Source: a virus (taxonomy: Duplodnaviria > Caudoviricetes). Taken from it: 32,778 nucleotides of DNA. Shown in pieces: positions 21,401 to 30,120 of this stretch (the stretch's first letter is position 1; each line of letters begins with the position of its first letter). The notes under the pieces were generated by a model. It did no database searches. It had not been told where the DNA came from and saw only the letters and a list, made by a program, of their open reading frames with translations. Where the stretch lies: positions 1-32,778 of the IMG/VR virus record IMGVR_UViG_3300009180_000129, one strand, 5' to 3'. The translations under genes were made by a program, and so were the position numbers.

Positions 21401-24400
21401 GAAATTTTAAATGTAGTAGTTCCAACTCCATAAACAGGATATTGTCCTGTGTAGATACTATCTACAAAAGTTATTTTTGAAAAATTTTGCGTAAAATCAT
21501 CCAATTCTAGAGGATTTCCAAGTTTTTCCAAATTATAAAATAATTTTTTTGGTAAATCTGGAGAATAATTTATCATTTTTGTAGAGGTTGTGCCAATTCC
21601 AGGTTGACCAACTGTTCCAATACCTAAGATTGAAAAAGATCCAGAAGTACTTGTAGTCGCTACGGATACAAATTCATTTTTAAAAGTATTATCATAATAA
21701 AATTTAAAATCGTATCCGTATAAAGAAGAGTCTGAAACATCAAATACAATTTGGTTATTTTTTACAAATTCCAATGGTGGATTGATTAAACTCAATTCCT
21801 GCAAATTACCACCCTGACTAGAAATTTCTACCGTTCTTGGAGTATTTGAAAAACAGTCATAATAGGTTTCGGATAATTTGATATTATTATCATCAATTCT
21901 ACAAACAAAGTATCTTCCAGTTTGCAATCCAGCTGCAATAGTATCTGCAGAATTATAAAATACACTATCTCCAGTTTTATAATTATGTGAAGGAATTGTA
22001 ATTATATCCCTTTGTGTATCAATCGATGATGAAGCAATATTAATAGGATTTACTAATAATTTTTTAAATGTATCGTTAAATTTAATGCGAACCGCAATAG
22101 AAGTTCCTATTCCAACAGAAGTATTTGGGTTTACAGTTAATTTTATTATATCTCCTTTTTGTAACAGATGTGATGTGGAAACTGAAACTGTAGATTCTAT
22201 TTTATTAATATTTGCCTTCACCTGTTTTTCTACAGACTCAAATTGATAGAATTCATTATTGGATCCAGTAACTACTGGAAAGAAAAGTCCATTTGTGCTT
22301 GATGTTAATGATCTATCAGTAACAATACCAATATAATCTTTTGACTTATTGATTGCATATAAAATTTCAGTAGTAGAACTAACAAGTAAACCAAATGATC
22401 CACTAGTAGGAGTATCTGCAACACTAATTCCCGTTGTACCAGCTGGTCTTTTGAGAGTAACTTTTTGGCCAGTTTGATAGGGATGATTTGGTAAAAATAT
22501 CGATTGAGTTGTAGTTGCTGTCGTATACTTTACGTTATCAATATAGTAATCTTTATTAGATGCTAATCCAGGAGTTGTTCCTATTCCCAATGCAAATCTT
22601 GGATTAAAGAAAGATATTTTTGTATCTTTTGATTCAAAAGGATCAGTATCTTTATAAATTTCAAATGAATTTGGTAGAAAATATACTGCAGTTGTCTCCG
22701 TATATGCTATTCCACTAGCATTTCTCCTAACTTTTAAAACATTAGGTTGGTCGTAAATATTTAATATGGATAAAATTTCATTTCCAATTTTGATGCTACT
22801 TCCAATAGAGATATTTTTAGGAATTGATGATAGTGGAATATTGGTAACAATTCCTGTTGTTGATGCATCTCCAATATTTTTTAAGAGAGATGATGAATAT
22901 GTTGTTAATCCTACTTTATAAAAATCATTCAATAAGAATAGATTTGTAGAAAGTCCTGAGATAGAAATTGCATCACCATTTGTAAGGTTATGATATGGAT
23001 TTATTACAACCTTTAATTTGTCAAAATTTTCCCTAACAATAAGAGAATCATTATAACTTACTGTTGAAGTGTTAATTCTTACAATATCTTTTCCGAATAC
23101 TTCAGAAACTTCTGCATATAATCCATATCCTCCACTATTAGTTTGATCAAAATCCAACTTATCGTTAACTTTATAACCATCTCCAGAATTGATAATATCA
23201 AAAGAATCTACTTTTCCACGAATTACAGATTCTATAGAGGTTGTTTGATTTATTAATTCATTGGATTCGATAATAAAATCATTACCTGAATATTTTTGAT
23301 TTGCATTATATGGTAAAGTATTTCTTAGTAAAGATGTACTATTAAAATCATATGATTGATTGAGAGTAATATTTTCTTTTACAAATTTAGATCTATATGT
23401 ATTGCCAATAAAATATGGATATTGTCCTACAGTATCTCCAGAAGGATCCTCTACAGTTGATGCGAAATATGCATATACACCATTTGGAAAATCTGGAGTT
23501 ATGCAGAATCTTCCATTATTTTCATCTAGATCTCCAGAATTATTAAAGATATAATCTTCATTAAAAAATCCAAGATCAAATCCAGATGGTCTATTTACAA
23601 TAGTTGTTGAAGCATATCCTGTTACTATTCTTTTTATTGAAGAATTTCTATTATTTGGATTAGAATATCCATATGGACCATAAATGGGATTTCCATCATA
23701 TGCCCATCCAATAATTGGTGAATGATTGGTAGTTGGATTTGGGTCATTAAATTGATTTTTTAATGTTTCAGAATATCCACAAACAAAATATTGTAAATTA
23801 TTATTTGATTTTATTAGTATTTGATTTGCTGGTTCTCTATAAAATACATTTTGTATTCCATATTGATATGACTTATTACTTGATAGTGATCTAACTTGAG
23901 CATCAAAAACTGAATTTTTTCCAGAACGCTCTGCAAGTGTTGATGTACTATCAGATTCATATCCAATTCCACCATTAACAATAATTATTGAAGTTATTTT
24001 TCCATTTGTAACTACAGACCTAAGTAAAGCCCCTGTTCCTTTACCGGATACTTTTATGTCTGGATTGGAAATATAATTGGATCCTCCAAAAAGAACCAAT
24101 ACACTACTTATTTTTCCATTTACAATAACAGGTTTTAATTGGGCATCAGTTCCCGTTAAAATTTTAATAGTTGGTTTTTTATGATAATTTAAAATATTTG
24201 ATCCATAGTTTGATCCATTTTCATAAACATAAGTATCAATTATTGTTCCTCTAATTACTGGTGTTGCATTAATTTCACCTCTTATCTCAGTACTACCAAT
24301 TCCAATGCTAGAATATGTTACTGATAGACTTATTTCTGGATAATTAAATATTTGATATCCTGTTCCCGTAGTAGCAATATTTACATAGTTCTTTCTCTCA

Positions 24401-27400
24401 TAATTTTCAGAAGTAGTTGCACCAATACCAGCATCGCACAATCTAAAAGCATTATCATCTTTCTTAAAAATATAGTAACTATTAAGTGTAGAAAGTCCAA
24501 CAATTCCACTAGTTTCATAACTATATCTTACGATTTCTCCATTAGAAAATCCATGATTTGTGAAATTAATAGTATCATAATATGTGGATATTCCTACAGG
24601 TTTTACAATTAATTTTCTATTTGTGTATCCACTGCCACCATCAATTACTTTAATTTCTGCTAAATTATTTTTAATTTCAGTTTTAAACTTTTGAATTCCG
24701 GAATTACCAATAGTAGTAAATCCAACCGTGTTGATTCCAGAAATAGCATCAATAAATGTCGTATGAACTTTAATAGTTCTATCATTCAATATTCTTGCAT
24801 AATAATCTGAATTGGATATTAAAGTTTGATCCGTATCAGTATTTAATCCACCAAATGATCCAATACCAATTTCAGGGCTTCCATTACTATCATATATTAT
24901 TTTTTGTCCAGTAATTAAATTATGTTTAGATAGGAATGTTATTCTCTCAGTATCAAAGTCTAATCCACCTCCTTTAGATATTCTTCTAGCATCAAAGTCA
25001 ATTTCTCTTCTATTTTTAATAATTATTGGTTTTAAAATAACTCCAGACCCATTTCCACCACTTAAATTTATAGAAACAATCTTGTCAATATTAAAATCTT
25101 GCGAATCAACGTATATTCTCTCAACAGATCCTTGAACAACTGGTTGAACTAATGCATTACCAGATACTTGAATTTGTGGGGGATTAATAACGTCATAATT
25201 AGATCCACCATTCAATACACTAACTTTTTCTAATGGACCATAATAAATTTTATCATTAGATTTATAATTAAAAATTTCAACTCCATTAATGAGCATTCCA
25301 ACTGATCCTGGAATAGTTTCATCACCAATAATTTCATCATTTTGTGGATTTAAATTAAATTTTCTCAGTAATGTTTGGGGTGAAATTATTTTATCTTTTT
25401 GGGAACTTAAGATAAATTTGTGGGTTCCACTTGGGAGATTTCCTGGGAATTGTCCAAATTTTACATTATTATCTGTACCAATAAAATTTCTTGATGTATA
25501 TAATTTAATTGTTGTTTGTGAAAGAACTTCAACATAATATGTACGTGCAGTTAGTCCTTCTATTGGAAGATTTGAAAAATTATAATCTATTTCATCTCCC
25601 ATTAAAAATGATATTGGGGTATTAAATTGTAAAATAGAATAACTCTTAGTATCTCCATCATAATCTGATATGCCACTTACCACATATTCAAATATATTCG
25701 ATTCAATTTCATAAGATGGTAATGAATTTGAAGCCACATACAAATATTCATTCTTATCGGAATAAACATTTTGAATATCTGCAAAAATATTTTCATTTAA
25801 ACTAGTATCAGTTCCAATTCCAATTGGTATAATTGCACTAGTTGCCTTTTTAATTTTTCTTCTAATATCATATTTTTTAAGAGGATTCAATATTGAGATA
25901 TCGGATCCTACTGTTACTGTATTATTTGAAATTGCCGAAATTATTGTGTTAGTTAATTCTGGTACTAAAATTTCAGTATTTCTTTCTAAAAATTCGATAT
26001 AATCACCAACTTTTAATCCAGATTTGTAAATATCCGATTGTGTAACTAAAGAAGATCCACTATAAGATTTTATTTGATATCTCGAACTGGTATTATAAAT
26101 CCAACTATTAGCATTAATTTGTTTATATGTCTTGTTAGTTGTCGGACTTTCAATTATTTCTCCAACATTTTTTACAGTTACTAAATTTCCCTCCAAAAGA
26201 CCACTATCTGGAGAATCTATAATCAGATTTGATAGAACACCAGTTGTTCTAAAACTTACTTTTTTTGTGATATCTCCATTTTCATACCCATAATAAGTGT
26301 AATCAGATATAATTGGAGTGGTCTTAGGTATTTCTATTGAAATTGAATTAGAACCATCACTATAACATCCAAAAAATTGATTAATAGATTTGCTTGTATA
26401 TCTTATTGTATGATTGTTTGCATAAAGTTTGCCATCAGGAAAAAATCCTAAGGTAGAATCAACTGTAATTACTGAAGATCCTGGTACAATGTCATCAATA
26501 CATCTAGTTGTAGGTGTAATTTTAAAATCTGACAAAGAAGACGAATCTACATCATCATATCCAAGAAAGAGTAATAATTTATAATAAGTCTTTCCATTTC
26601 TAGTAATTATCTCTACTTCAGAAACAGATGCTGAAATTTTTTCATCACTTTCCGAGTATATAGTTTGTCCAACTAATAATGCTGGGTCTCCTGAAATCCT
26701 CTCTGCAATTATTACCTGTCTACGAATATAATCAGCATTGGAAGATTTGATTAGAAATCTTTCCATATCAATGATTTCAGGATCTTCTCCATACAATACA
26801 TTAAATAGAATTCTGAAAGATTCTGTGGTTCCCTTTGATTGATAAAATGTTCTTGCTTCTTTTATAAAATTTCCAACATTCAAATCTGAAACAAATTCTA
26901 GATCTTCCAATCCTGGAGTTAAACTATACTTTATTTTTTTATAAAATTCTTGTAAAAATAGTACGCTAAGATTTTCTACCACACTATCATTAGTATGAGA
27001 TGATGATGTAGAAGTGGAAAATACTAACTCTTCATACTCTAGATCTTTATGATAATCAGTAACTCCACTAAATCCACGAATACATCCAATAAAAGTTGTT
27101 TCATTTTTATTAGTATATGTAATAACTTCATCATCAATCTTTAAAAGTCCATATCTATCAGGAAACCCTTTAGTAGATTCGACAGAAATTTCTACATCTG
27201 TTGCAGAAATTGAAGAGGATAGGACTGTCGATCCCTTGATAACTTCTGGAATCAGATTATCTAATTTAAGATATTGATCTAAATTGTCTACAATATCGAC
27301 TGGACCGCCTTGATATTCTTGAGAAATATAGTACTGTTTTAAAAAGTCCACAGTTTTGGGACTTTCATCCAAAATAAATTCTGGAAGTTGGTTTTGAATT

Positions 27401-27444
27401 ATTTGCTGTATTTTAACTCTACTTTCAAATCCCGTAGTTATCAT
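15457..27444 (-). CDS. gp7: Giant baseplate wedge initiator-like structural protein (gp7 position), multi-repeat
   Basis: 3995 aa between gp6 and gp8. N-terminal QLPEFI...FLKQYY and FYQSKGTTESFRILFNVLYG, plus internal YYQNLSYTIKS...W...VNNLVHTIG, are gp7-like wedge motifs. Many NGGSNY/GSGY beta repeats and HxxxxGxxIxY modules. Confidence 0.85.
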   Translation of the reverse strand: MITTGFESRVKIQQIIQNQLPEFILDESPKTVDFLKQYYISQEYQGGPVDIVDNLDQYLKLDNLIPEVIKGSTVLSSSISATDVEISVESTKGFPDRYGLLKIDDEVITYTNKNETTFIGCIRGFSGVTDYHKDLEYEELVFSTSTSSSHTNDSVVENLSVLFLQEFYKKIKYSLTPGLEDLEFVSDLNVGNFIKEARTFYQSKGTTESFRILFNVLYGEDPEIIDMERFLIKSSNADYIRRQVIIAERISGDPALLVGQTIYSESDEKISASVSEVEIITRNGKTYYKLLLFLGYDDVDSSSLSDFKITPTTRCIDDIVPGSSVITVDSTLGFFPDGKLYANNHTIRYTSKSINQFFGCYSDGSNSISIEIPKTTPIISDYTYYGYENGDITKKVSFRTTGVLSNLIIDSPDSGLLEGNLVTVKNVGEIIESPTTNKTYKQINANSWIYNTSSRYQIKSYSGSSLVTQSDIYKSGLKVGDYIEFLERNTEILVPELTNTIISAISNNTVTVGSDISILNPLKKYDIRRKIKKATSAIIPIGIGTDTSLNENIFADIQNVYSDKNEYLYVASNSLPSYEIESNIFEYVVSGISDYDGDTKSYSILQFNTPISFLMGDEIDYNFSNLPIEGLTARTYYVEVLSQTTIKLYTSRNFIGTDNNVKFGQFPGNLPSGTHKFILSSQKDKIISPQTLLRKFNLNPQNDEIIGDETIPGSVGMLINGVEIFNYKSNDKIYYGPLEKVSVLNGGSNYDVINPPQIQVSGNALVQPVVQGSVERIYVDSQDFNIDKIVSINLSGGNGSGVILKPIIIKNRREIDFDARRISKGGGLDFDTERITFLSKHNLITGQKIIYDSNGSPEIGIGSFGGLNTDTDQTLISNSDYYARILNDRTIKVHTTFIDAISGINTVGFTTIGNSGIQKFKTEIKNNLAEIKVIDGGSGYTNRKLIVKPVGISTYYDTINFTNHGFSNGEIVRYSYETSGIVGLSTLNSYYIFKKDDNAFRLCDAGIGATTSENYERKNYVNIATTGTGYQIFNYPEISLSVTYSSIGIGSTEIRGEINATPVIRGTIIDTYVYENGSNYGSNILNYHKKPTIKILTGTDAQLKPVIVNGKISSVLVLFGGSNYISNPDIKVSGKGTGALLRSVVTNGKITSIIIVNGGIGYESDSTSTLAERSGKNSVFDAQVRSLSSNKSYQYGIQNVFYREPANQILIKSNNNLQYFVCGYSETLKNQFNDPNPTTNHSPIIGWAYDGNPIYGPYGYSNPNNRNSSIKRIVTGYASTTIVNRPSGFDLGFFNEDYIFNNSGDLDENNGRFCITPDFPNGVYAYFASTVEDPSGDTVGQYPYFIGNTYRSKFVKENITLNQSYDFNSTSLLRNTLPYNANQKYSGNDFIIESNELINQTTSIESVIRGKVDSFDIINSGDGYKVNDKLDFDQTNSGGYGLYAEVSEVFGKDIVRINTSTVSYNDSLIVRENFDKLKVVINPYHNLTNGDAISISGLSTNLFLLNDFYKVGLTTYSSSLLKNIGDASTTGIVTNIPLSSIPKNISIGSSIKIGNEILSILNIYDQPNVLKVRRNASGIAYTETTAVYFLPNSFEIYKDTDPFESKDTKISFFNPRFALGIGTTPGLASNKDYYIDNVKYTTATTTQSIFLPNHPYQTGQKVTLKRPAGTTGISVADTPTSGSFGLLVSSTTEILYAINKSKDYIGIVTDRSLTSSTNGLFFPVVTGSNNEFYQFESVEKQVKANINKIESTVSVSTSHLLQKGDIIKLTVNPNTSVGIGTSIAVRIKFNDTFKKLLVNPINIASSSIDTQRDIITIPSHNYKTGDSVFYNSADTIAAGLQTGRYFVCRIDDNNIKLSETYYDCFSNTPRTVEISSQGGNLQELSLINPPLEFVKNNQIVFDVSDSSLYGYDFKFYYDNTFKNEFVSVATTSTSGSFSILGIGTVGQPGIGTTSTKMINYSPDLPKKLFYNLEKLGNPLELDDFTQNFSKITFVDSIYTGQYPVYGVGTTTFKISLNNFPEKLSYTKAECDILKYSTTSKTAAGGIDKVSIISSGFNYKELPVYIGTKSLSGDGAYIIPRSSSTGRKNQIRIINEGFEYSSDKTLSPEALIPKVVTLESSSFLSSVEIINGGKNYSTEPNLVVVNSDTGEKIDSGVIRCKLNGSTISSIIIDKIPKGLPFKKVTLRTTNNSNGIRIYEIETSTSGVATCYISTPIVGFSTDPLVAGDKVYIEGITNYVDGLGFNSENHGYQFFDVTTYYFNSNPGKFEFKIPTLYGNPGIAKTVQDSFASFIKYENYPQFSVDQKLSTFFIGEKIISDNGFGFEETDLIVTGSNGNCVRLSGNYNLSPNEIIKGSSSFTIGTVNKVDIIRGNFIVDYSNRQNIGWRDDSGKIGEDTQVIPDNNYYQNLSYTIKSTREWEEIVTPVNNLVHTIGTKNFADKQITKNAQSGLATASDPIVSAIVDYIQESNVTTINNIDFGIDIDPLSDATQIIKFKNIKLSDYIQCNTNRVLQIDNISPLFSSVEDEKDLTFSIILPLDVTKRLTKALLQIRKVTTSNPEIQLMEVVVINDNQNVYTLVKGLLSNKYTPIAEVNGVIDSFNTFYLRFVPEDIYDSDYDIKILKTEFNTPQSGISTFSVGLTNLTASNKLVGVGTTAVVAFQASKVNSFFTSVELIDVDTNKMDYVDFYVAHDGTDVYYSEFHFDDSNSNIGNYIGSFSPQLSNGIISLNFSNTNSILPGKTGRVRYSSKTVGFGSTAVGIGTYRFKFPRQRNGTESTALYESSYTRSSTSTDIISFDSTRFSSLKSTVKVGYGKTIALHQILMIHDGTDVYTTQYPFLSIGSTSGIGSFGGYFSGSALKLRFYPDSTTAGQNLEILTFTEAFYTNLDEVNVPPKLLYSPISESLSIAKYYGLNSLRVDRLNFDLNYNGTPIFKKTFDPEDTTTLDLTTHTFRIDNHFFSTGEELIYRPKSTFVGVGTSAIGIGLTANYLGITTNLLPSIVYPIKIDNSRFRLATRKEYANAGIYVTFRSFGEGNAHELEMSKKNEKSFITIANLAQYPLSYTSNLQTLVGNPGGGIGIGNSIVALSGIGTVTIENVIKVDDEYMKVINVGFGTTSIGPITFTGNVPLVQVIRGFCGTASSSHLNGSKARIYKGAYNIVGNEIFFTNPPRGNIFDLVGLDNSNLVRERAKFNGRVFLRKNYNTNTVYDDISDKFNGIDNIFTLTTTGINTVGLGTTAGNGLLFVNGIFQTPTTENATFSNFEIIENNSTGITSVRFTGITSSNGSLIISQSDQNQNELPRGGLIVSLGSTSGLGYAPLVGLSVTAILNGSGSIVGFGTTGNFGSGYRAPISIRVMDENHTGAAATITATVGVGGTLRLNIVNGGTGYVRPSIIAPSPSYENMPVVGISRLGIGATTTTGVGLLMNLEIGPSNRVGIGSTLFEVSSFKITRPGYSFKIGDEFTVAGLVTARSLNSPIEPFKLTVLEVFNDTFAAIQFGEMNYIDSIRRLQDGIRTRFPLYYNSELLSFEANRDDPDSSLIDFDSLLVIYINGILQDPKSAYNFSGGTSFTFTTPPKAEDEVSIFFYTGTRNEDSVRVSVNELIQQGDTLQINSNNNISGTITQDNRIVYDIIGSDRLETNTYTGKGIDGTNFKPIYWTKQKRDYLINETVVPKSRDSIESQIYPTAKIIKNFSSSDTELYLDNSQFFDYEDESPVSTFDCLIVNDENTFIPAEVTANVTIDGIVGSLTIVQSGGGYIGTEVSIKISPPQSIGVGIGTTATAKIKITNGRLTSPITITNPGLGYESDSPPKIIVPSPSTSTNIELLTNVSIVRGFDGVITGIATAPGLNGASLALKFTIFRNPPLYTDLQVGYPIYINNTRVGNGVTSVYTSNSSVIGIGTICLDNIYYVDAIDTTLGIITCNIRSNTSIVGIATTGTNNYPVGRFSWGKLGGFQRTNNISIAVTGKTLDVGLTTFASVQRRGYGLRNTGSLKKRVMGL

Positions 27445-27445
27445 A

Positions 27446-29356
27446 CTATTTCCTCGTTAAATCCCCATTTGAATAACTTGATCTATATGAATCCTTCGTA
27501 AATACAACTCCGGAAATGTCTTCACCAGATGCAATAACATCCTTTACCATATTTATTTGACTTTGTGAAATGTCAAATACAAGATACAAATCTTTTAATC
27601 CAACTACATCATTGGATTCTGGGTATGCTTGAATTTGTATAATATTATTTGGAAGTAAAGTCGAATTTATATTAATGGTGGTAATCATAATTTCACCAGT
27701 TTCATAGTTAATTGTTCCTGCCGATTTAATAACAGTTACGGATGAATTTTCTTGAGGAGGAGATGAGTTGGTTGATCTTATGATAGATAAAACTCCAGTT
27801 TTATTATCCAAATTTGGTATATCGGTAAAATATACAGTGTTCGGATCGTCATTAATAGTAAATCCAGTAGATTTAATATTATAACCTCCAGGTTTTATGT
27901 GAAATTTATTACCAAAGCAAAGTTCATATTGTGTAGATTGATCTAATAGTACCTTCAAATCCCTTCTAATTCTAACTTTTGTGATATTTGAAGTGATTGA
28001 AATATCAGTATTATCAATTACTTGAAGTATTTTACTATATTTAAATCTTCCACCAAATTTATTGAGATCAATGGAATTTGCATATGTCGTCAATAAAGAT
28101 TCAATCTTTGATTTCAATTGCTCTATATTTGAAATCTTAGAATAATCATAATAAACTGAAGAGTCAATTTCCACATAAAGAATTTTAAGGTCAACAATTT
28201 TCTGGTTAATACCAGAAATACTATATTGCTTTAATTTTCTAAGAATTTGTTGTTTATCAAAATCAGAGACAAAAGTTCCATTTTTTGGTTTTATACTAAT
28301 TGTTACTGATCCATATTCTGGTGGATCTAGTTCTTCTCCACCAACAACCGAAATTGATTCTGCATTTGGATAAATTACATTTTGAATTATAGCTTCATAA
28401 TCTTTTGCAGTAACTGCTCTATATTGTGAAGAATATAATCTGGGTGCAAAGTACTTAATGGAATCTACAGTTTCAATTTCTGATCCATTTCTAGATGATA
28501 CATTAGTTGTAATATTGATTGTATTTGTTGGAATTATTGTAACATTACTTGCATTTCTGAATGTTCCGGCAAATACAAATTCCGACGCTCCATTACCACT
28601 TGAACCATCTGTAACAATATAATTAGCTGTTATAATAGTTCCGTCTATTAATTTTTTACCAAATCTCCCATCACCAAAAATAAGTTCATATTTCTCATCT
28701 TTAACTTCTTGAATTAAATATATTTCAGATAATGAATTGATATCTACAATATTATCTACTAATGAATATTTTCTTGTAGTTCCAGAACTTCCTGGTCCTC
28801 TGACGGTTACAACAATTGAACTCGTATCAATATATGGATTATCAAGAATAAACTTTTGGTCTAATGATCCATTAACGGTGAATTCTTTGGTTAAAAATGT
28901 TCCTTGATAAATTGGTAACTCAGTAAATGTTGCCGTACCATTTACCACATTTTTTGAAACATTTTCTGAAATTGAGAATATATACGAACTCGAATCTACT
29001 GTACCAACGCACACTAAACCAGCCTGTAGGGATATCGTTGGAGTTTCCGAACTAGTTTGTACAGTAAACGATACACGTGCCTCTGAGGACTTTCTAGACC
29101 TAGGTACATAACCAATATTTCTAGCGAGAGAAACTACATTCTCTCTAACCGTTGCAGAATCCAAAAAGGATTCATTTACAACCATATTGGAGTTGAATGC
29201 AGTAATATAAGTATTATATGCTAGAGTATCAATTAAAATAGAAAAATTAGACCCCTCAAAGTCAAAATCCGTGAAATCGGAATTTGCACGGATATAATCC
29301 TTGATAGAGGTCTTTATCTGATCAAAATCTAGATTTGTAAACTTAGTAAAAGGCAT
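27446..29356 (-). CDS. gp6: Baseplate wedge subunit (T4 gp6-like)
   Basis: LDFDQIKTSIKDY...DFDFEGSNFSILIDTLAYNTY; FLDSATVRENVVSLA; YELIFGDG; SQYRAVTAKDYE; GTINYETG. Confidence 0.96.
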   Translation of the reverse strand: MPFTKFTNLDFDQIKTSIKDYIRANSDFTDFDFEGSNFSILIDTLAYNTYITAFNSNMVVNESFLDSATVRENVVSLARNIGYVPRSRKSSEARVSFTVQTSSETPTISLQAGLVCVGTVDSSSYIFSISENVSKNVVNGTATFTELPIYQGTFLTKEFTVNGSLDQKFILDNPYIDTSSIVVTVRGPGSSGTTRKYSLVDNIVDINSLSEIYLIQEVKDEKYELIFGDGRFGKKLIDGTIITANYIVTDGSSGNGASEFVFAGTFRNASNVTIIPTNTINITTNVSSRNGSEIETVDSIKYFAPRLYSSQYRAVTAKDYEAIIQNVIYPNAESISVVGGEELDPPEYGSVTISIKPKNGTFVSDFDKQQILRKLKQYSISGINQKIVDLKILYVEIDSSVYYDYSKISNIEQLKSKIESLLTTYANSIDLNKFGGRFKYSKILQVIDNTDISITSNITKVRIRRDLKVLLDQSTQYELCFGNKFHIKPGGYNIKSTGFTINDDPNTVYFTDIPNLDNKTGVLSIIRSTNSSPPQENSSVTVIKSAGTINYETGEIMITTININSTLLPNNIIQIQAYPESNDVVGLKDLYLVFDISQSQINMVKDVIASGEDISGVVFTKDSYRSSYSNGDLTRK

Positions 29357-29357
29357 T

Positions 29358-29759
29358 TTATCTTGTTGCCTCTAATATGAATGTATATTGTTGTGTTGGA
29401 ATTTCTTGACCAATAATATTAAAGGTAACGGTTACTTCAAATTCATTTTTATCTGGATTTGGCAAAACATCGACGATAACATCATTAACTCTTGGTTCAA
29501 AATTACTAATTGTTGTTTTAATTTGCCTTTCAATTATAGATGCCGAAGCATAATCTACAAAATCAAACAAACTTGAGCGAACATCAGAACCAATATTAGG
29601 ATCAAAAAATCTTTCTGATGGAATTGTTTCAACCAAATTTCGAATTGATCTTATAATTGCATTTTGATTTTTCAATATTGGCAAATCCTTTGTCACAGGA
29701 TGTGGTTCAAAGGATAAACTAATATCTTTAAAGAATCTAGATATCCTTACAATTGCCAT
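29358..29759 (-). CDS. gp25: Baseplate wedge / sheath initiator (T4 gp25-like)
   Basis: FKDISLSFEPHPVTKD...AIIRSIRNLVET...ERFFDPNIGS...NFEPRV; lies directly before gp6. Confidence 0.95.
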   Translation of the reverse strand: MAIVRISRFFKDISLSFEPHPVTKDLPILKNQNAIIRSIRNLVETIPSERFFDPNIGSDVRSSLFDFVDYASASIIERQIKTTISNFEPRVNDVIVDVLPNPDKNEFEVTVTFNIIGQEIPTQQYTFILEATR

Positions 29760-29782
29760 CAGGGTATAGAAATTTCTTCAGT

Positions 29783-29790
29783 TATTTATC
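29783..29790 (-). promoter_or_regulatory. T4-type late promoter (GATAAATA) for the baseplate operon
   Basis: Intergenic GATAAATA on the minus strand, 23 nt before the gp25 ATG. Confidence 0.65.
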
Positions 29791-29794
29791 ACTA

Positions 29795-30049
29795 TTACCA
29801 TGGTGAACCATAAGACGGTTCTGTTCCATATTCCCAATCATCATAATCATTTTGATTACGAATTTGTTTGTGTAGTTCAGATTGCTCCTTCAGTTCCTTT
29901 AGATATTGCTTTCTTGCTGGAATATCATCGTGCATAATCTCTTGAATTGTTCTTGGCTGCTCCTGAACATCATAATCAGTGATCAACTTTGTGGTTCCCC
30001 ACATTTGATGCATGTAATTTGAATCTCTATCGACGGGTAAATTTGACAT
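29795..30049 (-). CDS. Hypothetical protein, acidic/aromatic C-terminus
   Basis: 84 aa with a strong SD (AGGAG) upstream; MWGTTKLITDY...DYDDWEYGTEPSYG. Confidence 0.85.
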   Translation of the reverse strand: MSNLPVDRDSNYMHQMWGTTKLITDYDVQEQPRTIQEIMHDDIPARKQYLKELKEQSELHKQIRNQNDYDDWEYGTEPSYGSPW

Positions 30050-30055
30050 TTTAGC

Positions 30056-30120
30056 TCCTGTTTTAATGAATAAAACAGAACTTTTATGAAGGAGGTTGCT
30101 ATCTCCTATTTCTATTTAAC
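30056..30120 (-). promoter_or_regulatory. Late promoter variant (GTTAAATA, 30113-30120) followed by a two-hairpin leader that occludes the SD
   Basis: Minus strand: AGGAG-ATAGCAAC-CTCCT (30090-30107), then TTCTGTTTTA-TTCAT-TAAAACAGGA (30056-30080), whose 3' arm contains AGGA of the SD. Confidence 0.55.

Noticed and set aside
6347-29356. Stop-codon reassignment, inteins or introns explaining the giant ORFs
   Set aside because: Genes end in TAA, TAG (gp6) and TGA (VrlC-like) at sensible boundaries, and multi-kb frames are open in the standard code. No intein splice motifs or homing endonuclease signatures were recognised.
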